DNA from: Candidatus Latescibacterota bacterium
Lineage (GTDB): Bacteria > Latescibacterota > UBA2968 > UBA8231
Assembly (NCBI GenBank): GCA_965261395.1
Contig: OZ253462.1
Location: 6,485,485 to 6,549,484, forward strand
Direction of reading: 5' to 3'
Length of the DNA: 64,000 nucleotides
Both the position numbers and the translations under genes were made by a program. The notes beneath the pieces were generated by a model that did not search any database, was not told the DNA's origin, and was given only the letters and a program-made list of their open reading frames with translations. Positions 26,894-35,827 of this stretch are shown here, in pieces. Numbering within the stretch: position 1 is the stretch's first letter; each line of letters begins with the position of its first letter.

Positions 26894-28717
26894 ATGACCA
26901 CTACCCCGACAGCCATGGACTGGGACCTGACTAGCTACTTCGCCGAATTTGACGGCCCGGCCATGCGGCAATTCAAAGATGAACTGCAAAGGGATCTTGC
27001 GGCGGCACGTCAGCAAGCCGCCACCCTAGCACCGCTCGCCGAGGACAATGCCGACGCTTGGGAGGCCATACTCCTCCTGACGGAGGGCCTGATCGACCGC
27101 CTCTCTCACCTGGGCTCCTACCTCGGTTGCCTCACTGCAGCGGACGCCCGCAATGAAGACTACGCCCGCGAGGAGGCCACCTTTGCCCTGCTGGCGGCCG
27201 AGAGCGCAAAGCTCGATGTCGAACTCCTGCGTGCGCTCAAGGATGTCTCGGATGAAATTTTTGCCAAGTTCGCCCAACGGCCCGCCTTGGCCGACTGCAT
27301 CCACTTCCTCCGCCGCCAGCGCGAAGACGCGCAACGCACCATGAGCCCAGAGAAGGAAATGCTCTCTGCCGACCTCAGTGTTGACGGTCTCCACGCTTGG
27401 GGACGCCTCTACGACTCGATCTCCGGCAAGCTCGAATTCGACATGGAATTTCCCGACGGCCGCACCGAGCGCCGCCCCATCTCGCAGCGCCGTGCCCTGA
27501 TGGAAGACCCCGACCGCCGGGTCCGCCAAGCCGCCTTCGCTGGCGGCAACCGGGCTTGGGAGAGCCTGGAAGACGTCGCGGGTGCCGCGCTCAACGCCAT
27601 TTCGGGGACGCGGCTGACCCTCAACCAGCATCGCGGCGTTGACCACTTTCTCGATGTCGCTCGCTTTCAAGCGTCCATTTCGCCCGAGACCCTCGACGCG
27701 ATGTTTGCGGCTATCGCCGACCAAATTGAGCTGCCCCGACGCATCCTCGCCCTCAAGGCACAGCTCATGGGCACCAAGGGCGTCGCCTGGTGCGATCTGG
27801 GTGCGCCGCTACCGCTGCCCGATCAAGGGCATCTTTCTTGGGAAGAGGGCACGGACCTCGTCACCCGCTCCTTTGCAACGGCCTACCCACGCCTAGGCGA
27901 GTTCCTCGGCCAGGTCTGCGAACGCCAATGGATTGAGCACGCGCCCCGCCCTGGCAAGCGGCCTGGGGCCTTTTGCACTGGCTCGCTTTTGACCCGCGAG
28001 TCCCGCGTCTATATGACCTACAACGACACCCTCGGCGATGTGCTCACGCTCGCCCACGAGATCGGCCACGCCTTCCACAGCTACATCATGCGCGACGTGC
28101 GCACCTACGCCCACTTCTATCCGATGACTCTGGCCGAATCGGCCTCGACCTTCGGCGAAATGATCCTCACCGAGGGCATCCTCGCCGACCCTTCCTTCAG
28201 CCCGGCCCAAAAGGCCAGCGCCCTCCACCAAGAGATTGGCCACGGCGCGATCTTCCTGCTCGACATCCCCGTGCGCTACCAGTTCGAGAAAAAGCTTTAC
28301 GAGGAACGCGCTGACGGCGAACTCACCGTCAGCCGCCTCAAAGAGTTGATGGTCGAAACCCAGCGCGACGTCTTCGGCGACGCGCTCGCACAGGGGGGCG
28401 AAGACCCCTACTTCTGGGCCTCGAAACTCCATTTCTATATCACCGGCGTGACCTTCTACAACTTCCCTTACACCTTCGGCTTCCTACTCAGTCGCGGCCT
28501 GTATTCCATGTTTAAACAAGAGGGTAGCGACTTTCTCCCCCGCTACGAGGAATTCCTCCGCCTCACCGGCAGCGACACCGCCGAGGGCGTGGCCCGCCGG
28601 GCCTTGGGCCGCGATCTCGAAGACACCCAGTTCTGGACTGAAGCCATCCAGACTTTGGAAGCTCCGCTGGCCGAGTTAGAGAAATTGCTACCCGAAGTGC
28701 TGCCTGAGCATTCCTAA
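26894..28717 (+). CDS. M3B family oligoendopeptidase F
   Basis: WDLTS, GKRPGAFC, LAHEIGHAFH zincin motif, AESASTFGE, FYNFPYTFG. Confidence 0.92.
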   Translation: MTTTPTAMDWDLTSYFAEFDGPAMRQFKDELQRDLAAARQQAATLAPLAEDNADAWEAILLLTEGLIDRLSHLGSYLGCLTAADARNEDYAREEATFALLAAESAKLDVELLRALKDVSDEIFAKFAQRPALADCIHFLRRQREDAQRTMSPEKEMLSADLSVDGLHAWGRLYDSISGKLEFDMEFPDGRTERRPISQRRALMEDPDRRVRQAAFAGGNRAWESLEDVAGAALNAISGTRLTLNQHRGVDHFLDVARFQASISPETLDAMFAAIADQIELPRRILALKAQLMGTKGVAWCDLGAPLPLPDQGHLSWEEGTDLVTRSFATAYPRLGEFLGQVCERQWIEHAPRPGKRPGAFCTGSLLTRESRVYMTYNDTLGDVLTLAHEIGHAFHSYIMRDVRTYAHFYPMTLAESASTFGEMILTEGILADPSFSPAQKASALHQEIGHGAIFLLDIPVRYQFEKKLYEERADGELTVSRLKELMVETQRDVFGDALAQGGEDPYFWASKLHFYITGVTFYNFPYTFGFLLSRGLYSMFKQEGSDFLPRYEEFLRLTGSDTAEGVARRALGRDLEDTQFWTEAIQTLEAPLAELEKLLPEVLPEHS

Positions 28718-28768
28718 GTTTATGCTCATAGTGCAGACTCTTTAGCCACCGCAGACGCAAGGATCCTC

Positions 28769-29524
28769 ATGCCCCGCCTACTCTTGCTCCTCGTCTTTTT
28801 CATCGGCCCGGCCCACGCCGCCGACAACCCCCCAGCTCCCGGCTTCAACGCCGCCGATTCCGATCCCAAGGCTATAGCCCTAGCGGACGAAGTCATGACC
28901 GCGATGGGCGGCCGCGCCAACTGGGACGCCATTCGCTACATCACTTGGCGCTTTTTCGGTTTCCGCTTACACGTGTGGGACAAGTGGACTGGGGATATCC
29001 GCTTCGAGCAAGGCGATCTGACGGTGCTGATGAACATCCACAGCAAAGAGGGCCGCGCCTTCGTTGCTGAGGCGGAAATCAGCGACCCCGACACCCTCGC
29101 GGCCAAACTCGACCACGGCTACCGCGCCTGGATCAACGACTCGTACTGGCTGGTCATGCCCTACAAGCTCAAGGACACCGGCGTCACCCTGCGCTATCGA
29201 GGCCTAGAAGCCACCCAAGACGACCGCCCTGCCGAAGTGCTGGAACTCACGTTCAAAGACGTCGGCGTCACCCCACAGAACAAATACGCGGTCTGGATCG
29301 ACCAAGAATCGCGGCTAGTGACCCAATGGGCCTTCTACCGCGAGGCCGCTGACGCCGAGCCGCGCTTTACCGGCCCCTGGACTAACTGGCAGCGCCACGG
29401 ATCGATTTTGCTCTCCGACGGTCGCGGCGAGCGTCAACACACCGATGTCGCGGTCTTCGACGAACTGCCGCGCTCGGTCTTTACAAGTCCTGCACCCGCC
29501 GCCTTGCCTTTGCCTTCCGAGTAG
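28769..29524 (+). CDS. secreted hypothetical protein
   Basis: Signal peptide ending AHA; AMGG..NW and INDSYWLVMPYKL motifs; host-like codon usage. Confidence 0.75.
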   Translation: MPRLLLLLVFFIGPAHAADNPPAPGFNAADSDPKAIALADEVMTAMGGRANWDAIRYITWRFFGFRLHVWDKWTGDIRFEQGDLTVLMNIHSKEGRAFVAEAEISDPDTLAAKLDHGYRAWINDSYWLVMPYKLKDTGVTLRYRGLEATQDDRPAEVLELTFKDVGVTPQNKYAVWIDQESRLVTQWAFYREAADAEPRFTGPWTNWQRHGSILLSDGRGERQHTDVAVFDELPRSVFTSPAPAALPLPSE

Positions 29525-29562
29525 TAGGCATCGCGCCGCTAGGCCTATACAGTTGGCGTAAC

Positions 29563-29596
29563 AAAAAAAGCCGACCCAGCTATTGGGTCGGCTTTT
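29563..29596. terminator. bidirectional rho-independent terminator
   Basis: aaaagccgaccca-gctat-tgggtcggctttt between convergent genes. Confidence 0.85.
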
Positions 29597-29621
29597 GCTT
29601 TTGCATGGGGGCGCGTTTAGT

Positions 29622-30434
29622 TCACGCTGCCCGCAGCTCATTTTCGGGCGCGTTCTCCAGCCGCGACAGCCAGTAGGACACGTCGTAGTTCTCGTCGCCG
29701 GTCAAAAAGCGCCACAGCTTGATACGGTTGACTACTTCCAGCCGCACCTCGTTGCCGTACCAGCGGTGGTTGGCATTGAGCAGCCCGGGGATCTCCGCAT
29801 CGTCGATATCGTCGGTATTCCACAGCTTCTTCTGCCGCACCGTGGGGTTGAGCCGCAGTTTGAACATATAGCGCTTGCGGCCAGTTAGGTTGGGCTGGGC
29901 GCAGTGCCAGATGCCGTGGTGGGCCACGGCCACTGTGCCGGCCTTACAGACCATCGGCATCTGCCCGAGAAAGTTTTGATAGCGGGCAATGTCCGATTCG
30001 CTGACGCGGCGATAGATACTGCCGGGTAGGAACATGGTGCCGCCCATCTCCCGCGGCGTGTCGTGGGCAAAGTAAAAGAGCTGGATGTCAAAGTGCAGCC
30101 GGGTGTCGATGATCGCGTCGGCGTGCCAAATCTGCCCGTGCTCGTGGTGGGCATCAACCGTATGCACGGCGTGGTGGTCGTAGAGCGGGTCAGGGCCGAC
30201 TAAGCTGTGAATGATCCCTTGGATCTGAGGCAGGCGCACTACTTGGCCGATCACCGCATGGGTCCATAGCTCGGCGAGCGGTGCGCCGGCTTTGCCCCTC
30301 GGAACCCCGGTTTCCATCTCGGCACAGGCAGCCCGATTCAACTCGTCGGGCACCAGTTCGTCGAAGCGCAAAAAGCCGTCGGCGACAAACTGCGCCATTT
30401 GCTTGGTATTCAGGAGATATTGCTTATCGACCAT
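29622..30434 (-). CDS. phytanoyl-CoA dioxygenase (PhyH) family Fe/2OG enzyme
   Basis: FVADGFL, WHAD (HxD), GGTMFLPGS, HGIWH distal His. Confidence 0.85.
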   Translation of the reverse strand: MVDKQYLLNTKQMAQFVADGFLRFDELVPDELNRAACAEMETGVPRGKAGAPLAELWTHAVIGQVVRLPQIQGIIHSLVGPDPLYDHHAVHTVDAHHEHGQIWHADAIIDTRLHFDIQLFYFAHDTPREMGGTMFLPGSIYRRVSESDIARYQNFLGQMPMVCKAGTVAVAHHGIWHCAQPNLTGRKRYMFKLRLNPTVRQKKLWNTDDIDDAEIPGLLNANHRWYGNEVRLEVVNRIKLWRFLTGDENYDVSYWLSRLENAPENELRAA

Positions 30435-30708
30435 CGATTGCCTCCATCTTTTCGAGGATGTACTCGTATTTCAGATAGGACGTGTTGTATTCCATGCCTG
30501 GATAAGCCGGGTAATGCTGAGGGAACTGCACCACCCGCCACCCGTCTCGCATGGCCGCCACCACCGAAGGATAGGGCGGTTCCTCGCTATCGCCGCTGCT
30601 GGACCGCTCCTCGCCCGTGCCGTCGTAAAGCGACCAAGCCACGGTTTGGCTATGCAAATCGGGAGAATGGGCGTAGAGCACCAATAATTTCTGTCGGAGC
30701 TGGGCCAT
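30424..30708 (-). CDS. small hypothetical protein overlapping the PhyH gene start
   Basis: GAGAGG SD; overlaps the downstream gene; PYPSVVAAMRDGWRVVQFP motif. Confidence 0.7.
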   Translation of the reverse strand: MAQLRQKLLVLYAHSPDLHSQTVAWSLYDGTGEERSSSGDSEEPPYPSVVAAMRDGWRVVQFPQHYPAYPGMEYNTSYLKYEYILEKMEAIDGR

Positions 30709-30778
30709 AGCGTCCTCTCGTTAAGGGTATTCAATAATAGGACGCGGCACAGCCCCCGACAATGGGCCTCTCGCTCTC

Positions 30779-31636
30779 TCAGTTGCTCGAAAATTCGATC
30801 AACTGCCCGCCGCATTCGTCTTTCATTTTTTCTAAAGCCCTGTTCCGCAACTGCCGCACGCGCTCGCGGGTGACGCCCATGGACTCGCCGATCTCCTCCA
30901 AGGTTTTGGGCGCGCTGTCGTCGAGGCCAAAATAAGCGCGGACGATCTGGGATTCGCGGAAGTCGAGCACCTGCAGACAATCGGCCACAGCCGCGCGCAT
31001 TTCCCTGTCGACAAAGCGCTCGTGCGAACTGGGCTCAGCCGAGACAAAAGTCTGCGCAAACGTCATTTCCCCGTCGGCAAAGGCGGGGGCGTCTAAGGGC
31101 AAATCCGGCTGCCCCATCTCAAAGGCGTTGCGGATGCGCTCTGTCGAGAAATCGACGCAGGCGGCGATTTCCTCAACAGTCGGGGCGCGCCCTAGCTGCT
31201 GGGCGAGGAGTGCGGCCTCCTTTTCGACCTTCTGCCGGTCGCTGACCCGGCTCAGCGGCGGGCGGGCAATTTTTCCGTGTTCGGCTAGGGCACGGAGGAT
31301 GGCTTGGCGAATCCACCACACCGCATAGGTGATGAACTTAAAGCCGCGGGTCTCGTCAAAGCGCTGGACGGCTTCCAGCAGCCCGAGGTTACCCTCGGAA
31401 ATCAGCTCGATCAACGAGAGACCGGACTCGTGATACTCGCGGGCGACGCGAACCACAAAGCGCAAATTGGCCTGCACCAGCGCCTGACGCGCCTCTTCGT
31501 CGCCTGCTTTGGCGCGCTTGAAGAGGGCGATTTCTTTCTCGCGACTGAGCGGCTCGGCATTTTTTATATCTCGCCAATAGAGATCGGTTGCCGAGTACAT
31601 TGTTTCTCTATTTTGTACGTTCATTTCAGTCCCCAA
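30779..31636 (-). CDS. RNA polymerase sigma-70 factor, RpoD/SigA-like lacking region 1.1
   Basis: ANLRFVV, EGNLGLLEAVQRFD..RGFKFITYAVWWIRQ, TLEEIG..MGVTRERVRQ. Confidence 0.92.
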   Translation of the reverse strand: MGTEMNVQNRETMYSATDLYWRDIKNAEPLSREKEIALFKRAKAGDEEARQALVQANLRFVVRVAREYHESGLSLIELISEGNLGLLEAVQRFDETRGFKFITYAVWWIRQAILRALAEHGKIARPPLSRVSDRQKVEKEAALLAQQLGRAPTVEEIAACVDFSTERIRNAFEMGQPDLPLDAPAFADGEMTFAQTFVSAEPSSHERFVDREMRAAVADCLQVLDFRESQIVRAYFGLDDSAPKTLEEIGESMGVTRERVRQLRNRALEKMKDECGGQLIEFSSN

Positions 31637-31739
31637 AGTTTGCAGTGATCAACCTTTACGTTCACGTTAAGGTTTAAGATAGAATACTTAGTGAACACGC
31701 GCAAATACAATCTTGTGACGCACCAAGACGGCCAAGTAT

Positions 31740-32162
31740 TCAATCTGCAGGCGGTCGGCGGCTCTTTTTTTTATTGGAATGACGCCGCTTGCTGTCGAGA
31801 CGACGCGCTTGGGCGGCGCGGCTAGGCTTGGTTTTTGCGCGCTTGGGCTGTTTCTTGAGCGCCTCGGCGAGCAGGGCGGCCAGCTTGTTGAGGCAGTCGG
31901 CGCGATTGCGCCCCTGCGTGCGAAATCGCTCCGACTGGATCGACAGCGCGCCTGTGCTGTTTAGCCGCGCGGCGAGCTTCTCGGCAATCTGCTGGCGCTG
32001 CTCGTCGCTGAGCACCGCACTGTGGACAAAGTCAAACTGTAGCTCGACGGAGGTATTGAGCTTATTGACGTTTTGTCCCCCAGGCCCAGAACTGCGGTGG
32101 AACTTGCAGCGCAGTTCGGAAAGCGGGATGGACAGAATGGGCGAAACGTATAGGGTTTCCAT
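31740..32162 (-). CDS. arfB: alternative ribosome-rescue peptidyl-tRNA hydrolase ArfB
   Basis: RSSGPGGQNVNK, basic C-terminal tail (TKPSR...RRL..KR...KK). Confidence 0.92.
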   Translation of the reverse strand: METLYVSPILSIPLSELRCKFHRSSGPGGQNVNKLNTSVELQFDFVHSAVLSDEQRQQIAEKLAARLNSTGALSIQSERFRTQGRNRADCLNKLAALLAEALKKQPKRAKTKPSRAAQARRLDSKRRHSNKKKSRRPPAD

Positions 32163-32293
32163 AATTGGTGATCGCTCCCAAGCCTTCAGGCTTGGGTTAT
32201 AGATATTAAAGACTTGAAGAAAACCTAATACCTATTTTTTATTATGTCCCATAGTACACCCGCTATCACGTTTTCGCCAAGGAGATATCCTCT

Positions 32294-33460
32294 ATGAAAC
32301 GCTATACCGCGGCAATTGTCGGCTGTGGTTCCATCGGCAACGCCCACATGGAAGGCTACAACCTCGTGGACGAGGTCGAGGTGATCGCCGTCGCCGACCC
32401 GGTCCCCATGGCTCGCAAGACCTACGTGGACGCATACGGCATCCCTCAGGAGTTTGAAACGGTCGAAGAAATGATGGAAAAGGCCCGGCCCGACATCGTC
32501 AGCGTCTGCACTTGGCACCTTTTGCATCCGGCACCCACCATTGCCGCGGCCGAGGGTGGTGCCCGCGCCGTCATCTGCGAAAAGCCCATGGCCATCGGCA
32601 TGGCCGCAGCCGACTCCATGGTCGAGGCCTGCGAGGCGCACGGCACCCAACTGGTCATCAGCCATCAGCGCCGCTTTACCCCGGGTTGGGAAAAGGCCAA
32701 GGCGCTAGTCGAAGAGGGCGCGATTGGCGAGCCGATTTTCGTCACCAACAAGGTCGCCGACGGCCTGACCAACTGGGGTACGCACTCCATTGACGGCTCG
32801 CGCTTCGTGCTCGGCGACCCCCGCGCCCAATGGGTCATGGGCGCAGTCGAGCGCCGCACCGACCGCTACGAGCGCGACACCATGATCGAAGACGCCTGCA
32901 TGGGTTTGGTCCACTTCGCCGGCGATCTCCAGCTTTTCATCCAGTCCGACCTCATGCGCGAGGGAGCTGGTGCCGGCTGCTTTGAAATCCGCGGCAGCGA
33001 AGGGATATTATCGGTGAGCGAAACCCGGCTCCAGCTTATGAATGCCTCCTCTGGCGGCTGGCAGGAAGTCGATCTCGCGCTCACCGAAGGCTCGAAGGCC
33101 ATTGGGGGCAACACCAACGCCGCCCAAGTCCGCGAACTCATCGCCTGCCTCGAAGGTCACAAGGCCGAGCACCGCAACGCGGGCACCACGGCCCGCGACA
33201 CTGTGGAAATTATGATGGCCCTCTACGAATCGGCGCGCCGCAACTGCGTGATCGACCTGCCGCTGCAAGAAAAGGGCTATCCCCTACAGCTCATGGTCGA
33301 GGAGGGCGGCCTACCCGTGGAAATCGAGGGCCGCTACGACATCCGCGGCTTTCTCAAGCGCGACGGCATCGACGAGGCCAAGTACAAAAAGCTCTGGGAC
33401 GAGGGCATGGGGCATCACCAAATCATGCGTCAGCTCCACGACGAAACGAACCCGAGCTAA
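32294..33460 (+). CDS. Gfo/Idh/MocA family oxidoreductase
   Basis: IVGCGSIG, CEKPMA, HQRRF, GTHSID. Confidence 0.9.
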   Translation: MKRYTAAIVGCGSIGNAHMEGYNLVDEVEVIAVADPVPMARKTYVDAYGIPQEFETVEEMMEKARPDIVSVCTWHLLHPAPTIAAAEGGARAVICEKPMAIGMAAADSMVEACEAHGTQLVISHQRRFTPGWEKAKALVEEGAIGEPIFVTNKVADGLTNWGTHSIDGSRFVLGDPRAQWVMGAVERRTDRYERDTMIEDACMGLVHFAGDLQLFIQSDLMREGAGAGCFEIRGSEGILSVSETRLQLMNASSGGWQEVDLALTEGSKAIGGNTNAAQVRELIACLEGHKAEHRNAGTTARDTVEIMMALYESARRNCVIDLPLQEKGYPLQLMVEEGGLPVEIEGRYDIRGFLKRDGIDEAKYKKLWDEGMGHHQIMRQLHDETNPS

Positions 33461-33484
33461 CCGTGCCGGGACCGGGGTAACATA

Positions 33485-33513
33485 TTGACATTCCCCGGTC
33501 CCTCCAGTACTTT
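33485..33513 (+). promoter_or_regulatory. sigma-70 promoter TTGACA-17-TACTTT for rpsR, with -35 inside an inverted repeat
   Basis: gggaccgggg (33468-33477) and ccccggtccc (33493-33502) flank the TTGACA. Confidence 0.6.
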
Positions 33514-33525
33514 CTGTCCTTTTAA

Positions 33526-33798
33526 ATGTATGTGCCCGCCCAAGCGGGTGCCCTAAAAAGGAGCGTCGTCATCAACAAGTTCCGCAGTTCGCGCCGAGAG
33601 GCCGTAGCCAAGCTCAAATCCGAAGACATCGACTACAAGCGCCTCGATGTCCTAGTCAAGTTTATCACGCCGACCGGCAAGATCGAATCGTCCCGGCGCA
33701 CCGGTGCCACGCGCAAGCAGCAGACGCGCGTCGTCCGCGCCATCAAGCGCGCCCGCTATTTGGCCCTCGTCCCCCACACCCTCGACGACACTCGTTGA
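33526..33798 (+). CDS. rpsR: 30S ribosomal protein S18, Cys-free type; start uncertain
   Basis: IDYK..DVLVKFITPTGKI..RRTG...KQQ...RAIKRAR.LALVP. Confidence 0.9.
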   Translation: MYVPAQAGALKRSVVINKFRSSRREAVAKLKSEDIDYKRLDVLVKFITPTGKIESSRRTGATRKQQTRVVRAIKRARYLALVPHTLDDTR

Positions 33799-33816
33799 CC
33801 GAGCCAAACGCGCCCA

Positions 33817-34266
33817 ATGGCTGCCATAGGGCTGATTGAGACTCGCGGTCTCGTCGGCGTCATCGAGGCAGCCGACGCGGCCGTAAAATCCGCTCCGGTC
33901 GAACTCCTCGGCATCAAGTCCATCGGCGGCGGGCTGGTTTCAACGCACTTTAGAGGTGAGGTCGCCGCCGTCCAAGTGGCGGTGCAAGCCGGCGTCGAAG
34001 CCGCGCGCAAGGTCAGCGAGGTGATTAGCCACCGCGTCATTCCCGCCCCCCATTTAGACGTAGAAAACCTGCTCCTGCACCAGCCCGGGGCAGCCACTCT
34101 GCCAACGCAGCCACCCCCCGACGAACTAGAGGGCTTGCCAGTCGCCCGCCTGCGCCAACTCGTGCGCCAGCTACCCGACGCTCAACTCAAGGGCCGCCAA
34201 GTTTCGCGGGCCAACAAAGAGACGCTCCTCAGCGAATTGCGCCGCGCCGCGGCTACAGACACTTAA
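33817..34266 (+). CDS. bacterial microcompartment shell hexamer (BMC-H) with C-terminal helical extension
   Basis: AIGLIETRGLVGVIEAADAAVKSA...GEVAAVQVAV.AG...HRVIPAPH. Confidence 0.9.
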   Translation: MAAIGLIETRGLVGVIEAADAAVKSAPVELLGIKSIGGGLVSTHFRGEVAAVQVAVQAGVEAARKVSEVISHRVIPAPHLDVENLLLHQPGAATLPTQPPPDELEGLPVARLRQLVRQLPDAQLKGRQVSRANKETLLSELRRAAATDT

Positions 34267-34282
34267 ACCATACGAGGTCTCA

Positions 34283-34606
34283 GTGGACAACCTGTGGAAC
34301 AATCTCGTGAAAGGGCTACAAGAAGGCGCGGCGGTCGCCGCCGACAAGGCCGGCGACCTGACCCGTCTAGCGCGTGCCCGGCTCGATATCGCCGCTGCCA
34401 AAAACCAGCTCCACCGCACCCAAGCGGATCTAGGGGCGCGGGTCCACCAGCTCCTTGAAGCCGGTACCGACCCCGTGACCGACGATCAAGTACAAGCACT
34501 GAACCAACAGATCAAGGAACAGAGTGCTGCGCTCGCCGATTGCGAGGCGGCCTACGACGCGCTGCAGAGCACGTTGCGCGCGGATGGAGAGCGCAACGCC
34601 GATTAA
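34283..34606 (+). CDS. coiled-coil hypothetical protein
   Basis: GAGG SD and GTG start; heptad-like helical sequence. Confidence 0.65.
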   Translation: MDNLWNNLVKGLQEGAAVAADKAGDLTRLARARLDIAAAKNQLHRTQADLGARVHQLLEAGTDPVTDDQVQALNQQIKEQSAALADCEAAYDALQSTLRADGERNAD

Positions 34607-35736
34607 TAGTCTAGCGGCAGCAGCGTCTGTGGGGAGTCGGGCGGTGCGGCGGCTTTGCTTTCGCGCCGGTGTCCTGCAAAGCGACCGTTCGGTTTCTCGC
34701 TGTACTGAGCCACCATCGTCACGCCGTCGGCCTCGCCGGTAATTCCCGTTACGTCGTTTAACAACAAGTCCTGTTCCTGAGCCGTCATTACTGGAAATCC
34801 GTAATGGCGGCTCGCGTATTTCAACGGGCCGCTCTCTGCTGTGCGAACGGCGGCCCACTCTGCGTGCCGAGCTAGCCGGGCGCAGTTGTACTCGTTGGCG
34901 GCAGAAGGTGTGGAGCGCAGCAGGTCTTGCGCGACCGGCACCAAGGTCTCGTCAATCTCCACGCCGACCGAGTTTCTTCCCGCTGTTAAGGCGGCCGCCA
35001 GCGTCGTTCCAGTCCCCGCAAACGGATCGAGCACCAAGTCTTCCTTGACGGAAAACATGCAGATGAGCCGGTAGGCCAATTCAAACGGAAAGGCCGCACT
35101 GCGCTCGCGGGTCGGCGCATTGACAAGCCCCTGTGAGGTTCCCTTTACATCGAACCACACGTCCGAAAACCAGACGTTGCGCTCCTCCCAGAAGAAGGCA
35201 CTCTCGCGGCGCTTGGCTTTCTCCGCAGCCGTTGTGAAGGTTCGCCGCCGCCCTTTTCTAAGCACAAGGATGTACTCGTGTTCGTAGGTCACATACGCCC
35301 CTACAGGCAGCATCCCAGACCCCATAAACTTGTTGGGGGCGTTGGTTTGCTTGCGCCAGAGTATATCGGGCAAAGCGGCAAAACCCTGGCCGAGGAAGCT
35401 GCTCAGTATGCGGGAGTGATTGGAGTAGAGCTGGAAGTCGCCATCCAAGGTTCGGGTGGCGTCGCCAATGTTGACGCAGGCAATGGCCCCCGGCTTCATG
35501 ACGCGGCTGCACTCCAGCCAAACCGCATCGAGTAGCTCGTGCATGAGCGCGAAGGCGGCCTGTCCATTGCCGCGCGACAGTTGCGCCGCGATGCGATCGT
35601 CTTGTAGCGCGAAAATCTCATCCCACATTTCCACCATCGGATAGGGTGGCGAAGTGACGATCAAATCGACCGACTCATCCGCGATTCCCGCCATGGACTG
35701 GGCAGGGCCGCATATTAGCTTAGCGGTGGTCTGCAT
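34603..35736 (-). CDS. site-specific DNA methyltransferase, beta class, probably N4-cytosine (M.MthZI/M.MjaI-like)
   Basis: VTSPPY catalytic motif precedes LDPFAGTGTT SAM motif; NKFMGSGMLP..AYVT.EHEYIL. Confidence 0.88.
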   Translation of the reverse strand: MQTTAKLICGPAQSMAGIADESVDLIVTSPPYPMVEMWDEIFALQDDRIAAQLSRGNGQAAFALMHELLDAVWLECSRVMKPGAIACVNIGDATRTLDGDFQLYSNHSRILSSFLGQGFAALPDILWRKQTNAPNKFMGSGMLPVGAYVTYEHEYILVLRKGRRRTFTTAAEKAKRRESAFFWEERNVWFSDVWFDVKGTSQGLVNAPTRERSAAFPFELAYRLICMFSVKEDLVLDPFAGTGTTLAAALTAGRNSVGVEIDETLVPVAQDLLRSTPSAANEYNCARLARHAEWAAVRTAESGPLKYASRHYGFPVMTAQEQDLLLNDVTGITGEADGVTMVAQYSEKPNGRFAGHRRESKAAAPPDSPQTLLPLDY

Positions 35737-35827
35737 TGATTCTATCTTTCTATCTGTAGTATTGAGCGTACTCTGTTCTGATGCTACTCCGTTGGGGCGA
35801 TAGTATTTCTCAAGGATATTCTACCGC

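Noticed and set aside
31651-31674. Imperfect inverted repeat upstream of the sigma factor gene
   Set aside because: Single imperfect occurrence with no identifiable regulator; it could be arfB's terminator or chance.
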